A stretch of DNA of 64,000 nucleotides, taken from assembly GCA_950097015.1 (NCBI GenBank), contig CATNEN010000038.1:14508001-14572000 (forward strand), in the 5' to 3' direction. The stretch comes from Macrostomum hystrix. Its lineage: Eukaryota; Animalia; Platyhelminthes. This document shows, piece by piece, positions 51,474 to 63,975 of this stretch. Position numbers and translations under genes: made by a program. The notes under the pieces were generated by a model. It did not search any database, was not told where the DNA came from, and was given only the letters and a program-made list of their open reading frames with translations. Every line of letters begins with the position of its first letter. Position 1 is the first letter of the stretch.

Positions 51474-52245
51474 TACGGGAAAACTTAGCAATCCAAAGCC
51501 TGACTACTCGGTTGCTCCACTGCTAGGAAGCATCAGTGTTGAGGCCGGTAAAACCCTCTCTGAGTCTTAGCGTTCCCTGTCTTGGTTATTTTTACCAATT
51601 GTGTGTGCTACGCTACCACAGGTACAACGCACTGTTAATTGTCCCTTTCCACAGGGTCTTCGACAAGAATCGATGAATATCTCGACGATGCTGACGTAGG
51701 ACAGGTTTAAAAGTACGTTCCTTGTAAAGGGTGGAAAATTTGGATCCATATAGTGGACTGTCACGAAAATCGGTCATTCGTTTTGATTGATTTTGTGAAT
51801 AGAAACCGGGCAGCGGTAAAATAGTGTGGTCTCTCTAGTTTCATATATTCAAGAGAATTTCAACTCCCAGATTATCAATAATCACAGGCTGAGCTTATTT
51901 TGATAGCACCTGTGGCTGTGTGCAATCTGTTCTACTGACATTTGTGATTTCCAAATCAGTGCTCAGACAGTACTGTGAGTACATGCAAATGGTCAGGTAA
52001 CAGTCTCCTTGAGATTGAACCAGTCATGCAACAACATTCTTTCCTAGGTAGATAAGAGCATGGCAACAGAGGGCAGGTGTCTTTGCTTATCTGAGGCTCT
52101 GAGTCTTGTGATTTCGGTTATAAAAGTATTTCTGTTTTGAAATGTTGCTAAATATACAAGCTCACCAGCAAGGTCTAACCTTCTAATCTGGGACCTGAAG
52201 TTTACAGGTGCTATACTCCACTGCGGCTAAATTATCCACTGCACA

Positions 52246-55200
52246 ATGCGCGGCAGGTCGGCAGCTCATCGAGTTGAGTGTTTCTTTCACTGTTGGCCTC
52301 TTCTTCTGGTCGCTGCTGCTGTTGCTCTGTGTGACGTGGCGGCTGCGCAGACCAGCAGGTGCGGCAGTGCTGACCCTAACCAGGTGGACAGAATTTCATC
52401 TGCTGGTGTTCAGCAACCGGACCAAGGCTACATAATTATAGGCTGGTTGCCTCCAGATCATGAACCAGACAGACATTACTATTATGTTCTGAGGTGCGAC
52501 ACCTGTCCCAATCAGCAGGCGAATGTGACAGGTGTAGAAGATCACACATTCGAAGGTCTTCAACCGGCAACTGAGTACAGCTTCTCGATTCAGGCCGGGT
52601 ATCAGAACTGCACACTGAGTCCTCCATTTGATTTGGTTGGCAGAACCGGTGAGAGTGGCTTAGATTAGATCCATTTGATTTGGTTGGCAGAACCGGTGAG
52701 AGTGGCTTAGATTAGATCCATTTGATTTGGTTGGCAGAACCGGTGAGAGTGGCTTAGATTAGATCCATTTGATTTGGTTGGCAGAACCGGTGAGAGTGGC
52801 TTAGATTAGATACATTTGATTTGGTTGGCAGAACCGGTGAGAGTGGCTTAGATTAGATCCATTTGATTTGGTTGGCAGAACCGGTGAGAGTGGCTTAGAT
52901 TAGATCCATTTGATTTGGTTGGCAGAACCGGTGAGAGTGGCTTAGATTAGATACATTTGATTTGGTTGGCAGGACCGGTGAGAGTGGCTTAGATTAGATA
53001 CATTTGATTTGGTTGGCAGGACCGGTGAGAGTGGCTTAGATTAGAACAATATAAATAAATTATAAGTATTATTAAACATTACTTATTTCCGTAATTAAAA
53101 AATTGTTTACCAAAATATTTTTGTACTAAAGTTATCATATCCTCGCATTTTATCACACAAGCTGTTTTATATTTAATGCCAAAATGACCGGTCTGCAGCT
53201 GGCCTGCACTCTGCAATCACAATAAAATACCCACTGTACTCAAAATCATTTTTATAATAAAAAAGAATCCTCATTTTTGTTTCCAAGGACAAAAATAACA
53301 CGACAAAAGCACTTGTTCTTGCTCAAGAAGATGTTCTTGTCTTCTTGAGCAATATACTCGATTCCCCGTTGTTTAAGTTGACCCAGCTGTTAAATGGGTT
53401 GCAGCAATAGCTGGGTTAGGACAATGGGAGTGTGACATCCTCCCCCAATCCATGGACTGAACAGCTGTACGCAGCCTTTAGAAGCACATACAATAGCTGC
53501 GAATGTGCCACTGTCAGTACATCTGGTCCAGGCAGGTTGTGTGTTAGGTCTCATTGCAGGCATCTAGAAATCAACAGACACATGCAGAGCAGGTATGGAT
53601 GTGAATGCACCTATTGACTTAGACTCAGTAACTCTGCCTGAGAACCAAGTCTTCCCTATTAGCTATAAATAGATAGGAATCTTTCAGAGTCGCTACAACT
53701 GCAGTTTTCATTTTACTGTGTCTCGACCTTTCATTTTTGTGCCTTATAATATGTACTAATATAGCATATTAATTATTTTCACTTGCGAAAATTGGGCAGC
53801 CTATGGCACAGTCGAAGCTATTGCGTGGCGCATCTGAATGCTGCCTACGGCTTTTAAGTCCATGGACTGGGGGAACGCCACACCCACCCTCAATTACTCC
53901 AGCTAATGCTGGTTTCCGTTTTATAATTGGTAAATTGGTGCAATGCAGAGTGAAGTGTCTTGCTAATGGGCACAAATTGTTCCAGTAAAGTCGAGAATCG
54001 AACTCCAGACCTTCAAGTCATGAGTCCCACGCTCTGACCACTAGGCAAGGACCCATCTTTGCATTGAACTGTAGCCATCAGCCAGTCCTAGCGTAAGAAA
54101 ATTCGCTGAAAATCAGTCCAATCTTCATCGGAACAATTGCAAACTTTCCCGTTCCATTTGCAGTTCTGAGCAATCTTCCAGGGACTGTGCTCATCTCGGA
54201 TGTAACTCAGACGAGTCTCAGAGCCCAGTGGGCGGCCTCTCCAGATGTCGGGGTGCAGTACAGAGTGAGCTGTGGTGGCACTGTGAGCAACATCAGCACC
54301 GTGTGCTATGGACTGCAGTCGGGATCCAGGATTGAAGTTAGAGTGCAAGCAGTGAAGGCCGGATTTCCTGACTCAGCTGGCATCTTTCGCACTGCTCTCA
54401 CCAGTGAGTTGCTCTCTGGTTGTGCAACACTCATTGCATGCCGGATGACATCATGAATGCCAATGCTTTAGCTGATAATTCCCCACTGCAATGTTCCAGA
54501 GCCCTACCCAATAGCTGCCAGCCCTACCACATACTCTGTGACTGAGAACGCAATCTCGGTCAACTGGACTGCATCTGCAACTGAGGGTGTCAGGTACCAG
54601 CTGAGCTGCAGCCAATCCGGCTCCAGTGACGTCATCCAGGTAAACTCATCAGATGCTTCAGCCACCTGCGGCCCCCTGCAGTCGGGCCAGGCCTATGAGC
54701 TGAGTGTGACAGTGCTGAAGGATGGTGGCTTCGAGTCCGTCAGCACCAAACTGACGAGACAGCTCACTAGTGAGTATTGTAGTTTTGAAATTGACCTTTT
54801 TTGTCATCAGAATAAAATTTACTTCTCGTTTAAAGCATTGAATTTCACGTATCAGCCTCATCGGGCACTCGGCCCTGGTACCCTGGTAACAACAAGTTAC
54901 AACAAAATGAGTGCTAAATGGGGACAACGTCAGATGGCGCGCTTCAGTGCCACCAAGGGAACAATGTCTGCAACGCGTTAGTCAGGTGCTTTAGCCTCGC
55001 AGAAAATGCAGTCCTCGTATCTCCAAAAGCCAGCCTGTCTCTTCATGAGCAGACCATGCAAGGTGAGCAGCCTAAAGATGGCTGCACGGAGCATGGCCCG
55101 TCAGTGAAATCCACCGCAGGTGCTATTTGGTGGATGGGAGTTGCAACTTTGCCCTCCCAAGCCTCGTCCCTTCGTAACGAGAACGAGGTTCAGGGCCTCG

Positions 55201-58200
55201 TTCCGGACCTTCTCGTAAGCTTAAAAGGCAGCTTGAAGTCCAGTTATCACTCTAGCGTAGTCGTCAGTGTCTACGTCTCGGCGTTGTAAATCGAGACGTT
55301 CTCGACCACGCCTGTCACAGCCCAGCCCTCTGCGGTCGGGAAACACTTTAGACCGGTAGGCCGTCCAGACGAGTTCTATGCGCCGCGTGAGGTCGTCTTC
55401 GACTTCGTCTTCGTCTTGTACAGCTTAGATTTGGCAGTGTGGAAGGCGGGCGGCTACGAGACTGGCATGAGCCAACTGGACACTCAGCTCACCGGTGAGA
55501 ACAGATTCTCAAGCCTCGTCTACTCCTGCCTTCCATTGTAGTCTGGCACCGCTGGGGAGCCTCAGGGGTTCTGTGCTGTGAACTCACTCACAGACTCATG
55601 AGCTGTTTATCAAGGCTTTTGATTTGTTCTGCGTAATACACTGCCTCCTAGACTTGCTGATTAAAACACGTCCAAGTGACATGTTTTGAATTGTTCTGTT
55701 ATACGAGTACACAATTCTCCAAGAATTGACAAGCTCTGTTTCCTGCTCACTGCCAAAGCCGCTCTCTTGCCCGCCCTCCCCAGTCCCGCTGCTCAGCTCT
55801 GACCTGGCGACATTCGGCGCAGTCGCAGACTCGGTGGCGCTGAACGACTCGCATGCCGAGGTTGTTCTTCGGCTGAACTGGACCGCCAGCGCTGCGCAGG
55901 GCGCTGACCGTTTCGAATTCACAGTTCGGAGCTCAGCCAGCTCAGATGGAGGAGACTCGGCAAGCGACATCCAGCTGGAGACAGAGGTCCAGTTTGAGCA
56001 GCTGCAGCATGAGTTCATCTTGAGCGACTTGTTCTCGCGCAATGTGACGGTGGCTGTGACCGCCGTGGCCGACAAGTCAAACCTCGTTCAGAGGAGCCCG
56101 GAGCGGACCATTGCTGCTGGCCTGGCCACACGTGAGTGCTGGCCTATTGGAAGTTGAATTTCTAGGGCTTCCTTTAGATTTTGTGAAATCTTGTAAATCA
56201 GGTCTCATGGCTGCTGGTTGCCACAGCAACCGCTGCATGCTAAAACTGGCCTCTTGTACACCTCTCACACCTCAGCACCAAAGAGGCCACTGATGTCGCT
56301 GACTGCGGACAAGCGCGCCATCGATGTGACTCTGACTGCCAGTTCTAGCTCCAATGAGATGAGAGCGACCGTCCAGACTGGCTCTGAGATCTCGGCCAGC
56401 TGCCTCCCGGACCCCAGCAGCAAAAACTGCACCGTCAGGTTCGAGACACTGCGACCCTACTCAAACTACACTGTAAAGTCTGTGGCGGTGTATTCAGCCC
56501 TGCCTTCTCTGCCGCTGTGGTCGGTCATTCAGACCCTGGAGGACGCTCCGACGCCGCCAAAGTCGGTGAGGCTCAGCGTCGAGTCATTGCCCGAGAGGCT
56601 GCTGTGCGACTGGCAGCCGCCCTCGGAGCTGAACGGCGTCATTCGGAACTACTCGGCCGTCTGGGGCCTGCTGGACTTCAAGAGCGGCGCTGAACTGCTC
56701 AGAGACACCAAAGTAGCACCTGGACACCAGACAATCCTGCAGCTGCTGCAGTCACCGCTGCCTGGCCACGAGTACTTCTGCCGCGTCTGCGCCTGCACGG
56801 GAGGCGGCTGCGGCGACTGCAGCGATAGAGCTGCACGGCGACTTCCTGACGGAGCGTCGAGGGCGGTGTCCGATCTGCTCACGCTGCCAGTGCCGGGACG
56901 CAGCGTCGGCTTCAACTGGACGACAATGAATCCTGTTGAAGGTCGGGGCGTTGTGTTCGAGTACGTGTTGCGGATGTACGGTGTCGGCGGCTGCGCGACT
57001 GCTCGGATGCTGAACTGCTCCGACTGCGGGCGGCATCGACAGCAGCTTCCATCTGAGGCCCTGCAGCGACTCGAGCAGCTGACGAGCGACTGCGGACAGC
57101 CCGTCCCACTGCAGGCCTTCTCCATTCGCGACAGCCGGTTGGCTCTGGAGGTCCCCGTCAGCTCCAGGATCGGCGGCTCGAGCTCGTTGCTACCCTGGAC
57201 CGAGTACAACGCCACCCTGTGGCCCGTGAACCTTGCGGGACTCGGCGCCGCCCTCACCGTCTCCTTCCGCAGTCCGGAGGCTCCCAGCGGACCCGTCCGC
57301 AGCCTCCGAGCGACGGCGCAGCAGACGGAGGCGCTGGTGGAGTTCCAGGAGCCCGAGCTGCTCAACGGGCAGCTGATGGCCATCGCAGTGCAGGTGAGGC
57401 CTGACATCCAGCTGACATTCGCCCTGTGTTCCCAGCGTATGCCACCCCCCCACCCAGTTGCTGCCAGCTGTTAGTGTTCTCACGCCAAGTTGCGATAGTA
57501 TCTGTGCTCAGCTCATACGGGTGAGACAGGCGGCCAGTGCGGGCTGAGAATTCCCAGCTCTATATGTTTGCATTGGGCGTTGGCTAGCCTAAAACTGGCT
57601 TGATTTCGTTCGCCGCTGGCTGTGACCAGCCCTACAGATAAAACGACTCACTGCTTCAGTCTTTACTCTGAAAGATTACCTTAGCATTAGCACTATTTTT
57701 CTGTATCCGCGTGTCTCTATAAATGTCCTAATCTAAAAGTGTTTTAATCAGTTAGCATAACAAACTGATTCAATTAGAACTATATGCCATATTTTCATAT
57801 GAGGTCAATGCGTTAGCCTCTGAATTAGACTTTCCGTTCTTGTGTGATCATCGTAGACAGTTGTATATTGTAGTTTTTAATGTCCTTAATCTGTGAGCAT
57901 ATGTGGGGTAAACAGGAGGAATAGGTAATGAGTAGCTTTTTCATTTTCATGGCTGTTGCTAGTTGCTAGCTTGTTGTCAGTAGTCTAGTCTGTGGATAAG
58001 GGCTTTGGGGGCACAATATGCCTACTGTGCCTGTGTGTGTATAAGTTTTCGTTTGTCCGTATGGCATTTTTTAAAACTTCAATCGTATTGTTCCCTAAAA
58101 AAAAGAATCTATGGTCAAAAGTACTCGTTAAAACGTAATTTTTTACGTGGATACATGGCCAATTGCATGGATACTAAAGCAAGCAAAACCTGTCCGGTGT

Positions 58201-60803
58201 TGCGTGTATAACACCAGAATAAATAATATCCCAACCGTTTAGAACTTGGAGACTTTTAAGGGGCTTGTAGCCTAGGCGTCAGAGCGTCGGACTCGCGACT
58301 TGAAGGTCGGGGGTTTATGTCCCGACTCCACTGAAACAATTCGAGTTCTTAAACAAGACACTTAACTCTGCATTGCTGCAATTAACTCAGCAATTAAATA
58401 AGTGTTGGCATTAGGTGGGGAATTTGAATTTGGGTATGTCGTCGCCCCAGTTTATGGACTGAACAGCCGTACGCAGCCGTAGGTATCAAGATTTCCCCTC
58501 TCGACCTGTCTCCTCGCCTCCTCTCCCAGGTGTGGGTCTCGCCGTCCGAGTGCTCGCAGCTGCAGGTGCTGAACTCGACCGCAGCCAGCTGCCAGCTGCC
58601 CAGCTGCAGCACCGAGGACATTGTGAGCAGACTCGCTGAAGAGTGCAGCTCTGTCCGAACTGGCGAGTTGCAGATTGAGAAGGCGAGCAGCAATGAGTCC
58701 GCTCCTCTGCTGTCCGTGACGCTGCAGCAGCTGCAGGCAGGCACAGAGTACACTGTGCGAGTGACACCTGTCAGCCAGACTGTGTCAGGTGCTCGGAGCG
58801 AGCTCAGATTCACCACATCCAGAGGCGGCGGCGGTGGCGGCAATGTGACACTTGTGGTGGCCATTGTCGTGTCGGTGGTGGTTGTCATGGCAATGGTTGC
58901 TGGCATGCTGCTGATTGCCTGGAAGTATCGGCGCGGAAGGTATGGCTTGTTGTAGAGGGAAGTAATTATAAATATTTTTGTGCGAGCTCGTAGGGAATCG
59001 GCCCACTCTACTGCCCTCGCATCTGGTGACACCTCTCACCCACCCTGGACTCAAAACGCACCCAAAATCCCACATATTTGCTTCCCCAACTGATTGCTTT
59101 TCACCCTGCTGTCTACCCTGCTGCTTCAGTTTATATCAATGAAACTGTTTGTTTTAGCGAAATTCTGGAATTTTATTTATTTTAATTATTCGAAAATCAC
59201 CGACCATCACAGAAGCTCTAGCTCCTAGCCTTGTGCGGCCGCGCATTGTAAAACATGCGGCTGACAACTTAAGCACGCTGAAGTCCTGGTTGTCCACGAG
59301 GATGTGAAGAACAGCCTAGTACACTGGTGGCTGATTGCCATTTGCGAGTTTTACCATAGACTAAAGATATTTAAAGATATGTTTGCAGATGAGACACCTG
59401 TGTTTGCGGATGAGACTCCTGTGTTTGCAGATGAGACACCTGTGTTTGCGGATGAGACTCCTGTGTTTGCGGATGAGACTCCTGTGTTTGCGGATGAGAC
59501 TCCTGTGTTTGCGGATGGGACTCCTGTGTTTGCGGATGGGACTCCTGTGTTTGCGGATGGGACACCTGTGTTTGCGGATGGGACACCTGTGTTTGCAGAT
59601 GAGACAGCTGTGTTTGCAGATGAGACAGCCGTGTTTGCAGATGAGAAACCTGTGTTTGCAGATGAGACTCCTGTGTTTGCAGATGAGAAACCTGTGTTTG
59701 CAGATGAGAAGCCTGTGTTTGCAGATGAGACAGCTGTGTTTGCGGATGAGACACCTGTGTTTGCAGATGAGACACCTGTGTTTGCAGATGAGACAGCCGT
59801 GTTTGCAGATGAGACTCCTGTGTTTGCGGATGAGACTCCTGTGTTTGCGGATGGGACTCCTGTGTTTGCGGATGGGACACCTGTGTTTGCGGATGGGACA
59901 CCTGTGTTTGCAGATGAGACAGCTGTGTTTGCAGATGAGACAGCCGTGTTTGCAGATGAGAAACCTGTGTTTGCAGATGAGACAGCTGTGTTTGCGGATG
60001 AGACACCTGTGTTTGCAGATGAGACACCTGTGTTTGCAGATGAGACAGCCGTGTTTGCAGATGAGACTCCTGTGTTTGCGGATGAGACTCCTGTGTTTGC
60101 GGATGGGACTCCTGTGTTTGCGGATGGGACACCTGTGTTTGCGGATGGGACACCTGTGTTTGCAGATGAGACAGCTGTGTTTGCAGATGAGACAGCCGTG
60201 TTTGCAGATGAGAAACCTGTGTTTGCAGATGAGACTCCTGTGTTTGCAGATGAGAAACCTGTGTTTGCAGATGAGAAGCCTGTGTTTGCAGATGAGACAG
60301 CTGTGTTTGCGGATGAGACACCTGTGTTTGCAGATGAGACACCTGTGTTTGCAGATGAGACAGCCGTGTTTGCAGATGAGACTCCTGTGTTTGCGGATGA
60401 GACACCTGTGTTTGCGGATGAGACACCTGTGTTTGCGGATGAGACTCCTGTGTTTGCGGATGAGACACCTGTGTTTGCGGATGAGACACCTGTGTTTGTA
60501 TATAAGAGAGGCCTTTTTGTTTGACACCTTTATTTGTAAAGTTTCTCTAGTTTCACGTCATCTGTGCCGAACACCTGGATTTTGACCTAAACCAACTCCC
60601 TCCACTCACTCAGCGCCACAAAGCAAGCGCCAGCTGCCACATTCGAGGCCAACGCCAGAGCTGACGCTCGAAGCAGCCGCAGAGACAGCGCGCACGAGTA
60701 CGACACTGTGGGACAGCCGCCGCTGCCACCCGCTGATGCTGTGCAGATTGTGACCATCAATGGAGCTCAGTTTGAGCTGCGCCCATTGCAGAGAAAGGAA
60801 TAG
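52246..60803 (+). CDS. Phosphatase-less FN3 receptor (copy 3): signal peptide-shortened FN3 array-TM-cytoplasmic tail with YDTV and PPLPP
   Basis: Exons 52246-52648, 54164-54403, 54500-54769, 55724-56131, 56276-57393, 58530-58939 (TM, phase-2 donor AG|GTATG) and predicted terminal exon 60614-60803 (acceptor CTCCACTCACTCAG, in phase, 62 codons then TAG). All junctions are phase-compatible with no internal stops. Confidence 0.75.
52624..53044 (+). repeat. 47-bp splice-donor-spanning repeat, about 9 units (copy 3)
   Basis: Same unit as 41970-42813. Confidence 0.97.
54890..55400 (-). mobile_element. Duplicated 3' part of the degenerate RTE-like element, cut by a deletion
   Basis: Reverse-complement match to ~26315-26825. 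Confidence 0.85.
55418..55494 (+). pseudogene. Remnant 3' end of FN3 exon 9 lacking its original acceptor
   Basis: Encodes [15 protein letters not shown]…SQLDTQLT followed by G|GTGAG, matching ~22670-22746. Confidence 0.85.
59380..60497. repeat. 21-bp intronic minisatellite, about 53 units
   Basis: Unit GTGTTTGC(A/G)GATGAGAC(A/T)CCT. Lies between the TM exon and the predicted tail exon of copy 3. Confidence 0.97.
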
Positions 60804-62094
60804 TGCTCTGACTGTACTCATTGGCTTGTGCCCAACGATGTCAATGCAATGCTTTTTTGGGTACTGAATTGATGTACTGATATTTCCACTGAGTTACGGA
60901 TAGATAAACTCCTGAAATGCTGATTTTACCGGTTCTAATTGATGTCGTTGCTCTGCGGTTAATGCCTTAACCAATCTCATTAAGTCTATTATTTTGCAGA
61001 TTGCTTGTGTACAAAATAGATTTTCTTATTGACGCGTTTTCAATTTTCAAATATAAATTTTGGCGAGCAATCATGCTTTTTTAATTAACAGTAAAAAGAC
61101 TAAGGTATTTTCCACCCTGAGGAAAGACTATAGCTTATATATTTCAAATATCCGCTGCCAATTGTCCACCATAGAAAAAACATTACTATATGTGCTTTAG
61201 TCTGTGGGTATTAACCGCTAGGGGTAGAGTGAGAAGGGGGTGTGGGGTCGAGGCCATCACTTTCTACCATAGACAAAAATGTTTGACTAAGCTATTCCTA
61301 GAGTTTGATCTACTAAACTTTAGTCTATGAACTAGAGCGGGGGACAGAAGGGACTAAGCCTTAGGCTCCACCTCCACCGCCAGCTCCACCCGGCAATGGA
61401 TTACGAAGGGGGCTAGAGAGATAGCTGAATACCCGGGATCGGTCATGGCTGGGCGTAGCAGCCTACTGTCGTGAGTAGCGCTAGTTCCTATAGGCTCTGG
61501 TCAGCGAAGTGCGGAAAGGCTATAGGCAAAGCGGAATTAAGGTCTCAGGTAGCGCCACCACCCAATGCTAACTGAGTTGCCACCGCAGCGATGTGGAAAC
61601 CTGAGTCCCGGGAGAACACAGCTCCTGGATTATCACACAAATCCTGACCAGCCGAACTAATGGGCAAAATGCTGCAGCTTCCGTTTTAGACCGAACGAAA
61701 TCCGTAGCCAAAACAAGGGGAAAATAGTTGCTAAAGGATTGGGAGTTTCCTAAGTGGCAAATTGCCTAAGGTTGAGCACCGAGCTCGAATTGAATTTCAG
61801 CTCACCTGGGAGGTGGCTTGCACTGTTAATGATGCTAGGGATCTAGCGAAATTAATCCCCTCTAAAAAAGCGGGGATATGAAGAATTATTGGCGCCCGAC
61901 TGTGTGATCTTGAAACCTTGATCGCAGATTGAAGGGAAATTATTAACAAAACTTAAATACAGTAGACTAGTAGACCGCGATCATTCATTCTACAAATGGG
62001 GAATTATACAATGATCTGGGGATCAGGGAGCCAGACAACCCGAAAAGAATTGTTGACTATTTTGTGACACACTAAAAGTGGGGAACGAACCTCG

Positions 62095-62150
62095 CGCTGG
62101 CAGACCGAGACCGGTTTCTGGCTTGTTTGCCTTCGTCAGTCAGCCATAGC
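62095..62150 (-). ncRNA. Candidate (degenerate) type I hammerhead ribozyme
   Basis: Minus strand reads UAUGGCUGA-CUGACGA-AGGCAAACAAGCCA-GAAA-CCGGUCUCGG-UC-UGCCAGC. Core boxes, helix II GGC/GCC, helix III ACCG/CGGU and a GUC triplet are present. Helix I is bulged and there are extra A residues at the base of helix II. Confidence 0.5.
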
Positions 62151-62766
62151 CACACGCAGTCCTCTCCCACCACTCTTAGTGGGCACAGAAGTCTCTTTTA
62201 AGCTTGCCATTTTTATGGCGATATTTTTTAGTGTTATGTGAGAGTTTTGCAGCCAAGTCTCTGCTTTTCTACTGTTGTCAGTAGTCTGAATTGTATCTCT
62301 CACATATTTTAACGATGCCGATATTTGTGATTCTGCAGAAGTTTTTTCATCGGATAGATCAGAAATTTTAGCCGCGTTCTGGATATTCAGGGCAATTGAT
62401 TGAATCTTTTGTGAGAAACAGAAAAGAAAAAAATGCGAGCAATTGAAGTACCTCGTTGTCTTTCTACTGTTAACGTGTCTAAACTAACTTGTCTAAACTG
62501 ATAATGCTTTATCAGAGTATCAGGTAATTGTGTCCGTGAGATTGAGCCCGTCATAGGGCAGTTTTCTTTCCTAGGTAGATAAGAGCATGGCAACATGCGG
62601 TTGTGTCTTTACTAATCGGCTCCGAACCCTGTACATTCGATTATAAAACTTTTGTTTTTAAATGTCGCTATACATGCAATTTACCGGCGCTTTTCCATTC
62701 GAATTCAAGACCTGAAGCACGGGAACAGGTGCTATCCTCCACTGGGACTAAATTATCGATCGAACA

Positions 62767-63975
62767 ATGCACAGCAGGTCGGCAGCTCATCAAGTTGAGT
62801 GTTTCTTTCACTGCTGGCCTCTTCTACTAGTCGCTGCTGCTGCGGCTCTGTGCGACGTGGCGGCTGCGCAGGCCAGCAGGTGTGGCAGTGCTAATGTTAG
62901 CCAGGTGGACAGAATTAAGAGTGCGACAGTGGATCGATGGGGTCTGAGTTTTCTAGTTGCTGCCTGGGCGCCTCCGATTTACGAGTCGAACAGACGTTAC
63001 AACTATATTCTGAGGTGCGTCACCTGTCCCAATCAGGTAGTTAATGTGACAGGTGTAGTTGAATACACATTCAGCGGTCTTCAACCGGCAACTGGGCACA
63101 CCATCTCGATTCAGGCCGGGTATCAGAACTGCAGCTTGAGTCTTCCATTAAGTCTTCTTGGCAGGACGGGTGAGTGGGCTCGTACAAGCCATGTGCTCTG
63201 ACCGCTTCTCGCAACAAGATCCCTGAGTTCGATTCCCCGGCCAGGCCACATTCATTTGGGGCGCAGCCGCGTAGCGAAGGCTTGGGCGGCTTGTCGTCCA
63301 ATTTCAAGGGACAGTGAAATTTTACACTGTCTGACGATGAGAAAGTCAGGGCTGGTATACGCCTGTGTGAGCGTTTGCTTGCGTATAGTATCATAGTATC
63401 TGTGTGCGTGTGTGCTCAGGAGTCAGCGGAATGGGCAGAATGGCCTCCTCGCTGGCTGCAGGTCTAGTGTCACCAAATGATGTGCCATTGTCCACAGCCA
63501 CAGCCCTCCTGCAATTATTATTATTATTACTACTCATATTATGAGCTGGGCCAGCTCCTCCGAAGGTAAAACTGAATTCGTCTAAAAAATTTAAATAAAT
63601 CAATATTGCTATCAAGTTTTCAGAGACCCTGTTAGTTGAGATGTTGCAGACTGCCCACCCATGTAGATCCTGAACGAGATCTAGTCACGTGCGAACAAGC
63701 TACAAATATTCATTTCGCATAACCGCCTTTTGCAGCTCTGAGCACTATCCCCGGCACTGTGCTCATCTCGGATGTAACTCAGACGAGTCTTAGAGCCCAG
63801 TGGTCGGCCTCTCCAGATGCTGGGGTGCAGTACAGAGTGAGCTGTGGGGGCATTGTTAGCACCGACAGCACCGTGTGCCGTAATCTGCAGTCCGGATCCA
63901 GAATTGTGGTAACGGTGCAAGGAATCAAGACCGGATTTCCTGACGGAAATGCAACATTTGGCGCTGCTTTCACCA
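62767..63975 (+). CDS. Fourth, more diverged paralogue (copy 4), exons 1-2; continues beyond the window
   Basis: Exon1 62767-63169 (403 nt) and exon2 63736-63975 (240 nt) have the same sizes, phases and signal peptide as copies 1-3. Confidence 0.85.
63205..63530 (+). mobile_element. SINE family A in intron 1 of copy 4
   Basis: GAGTTCGATTCC B-box, family body and (ATT)n tail. Confidence 0.8.

Noticed and set aside
59304-60585. Long ORFs (ADETPVF)n and those in other frames
   Set aside because: By-product of a stop-free 21-bp repeat that is open in several frames on both strands. It lies in a predicted intron.
61890-61899. TGGCGCCCGA, a tRNA-Lys-like primer binding site
   Set aside because: Only a 10-nt match, not preceded by an LTR end (CA) and not followed by a gag-like ORF.
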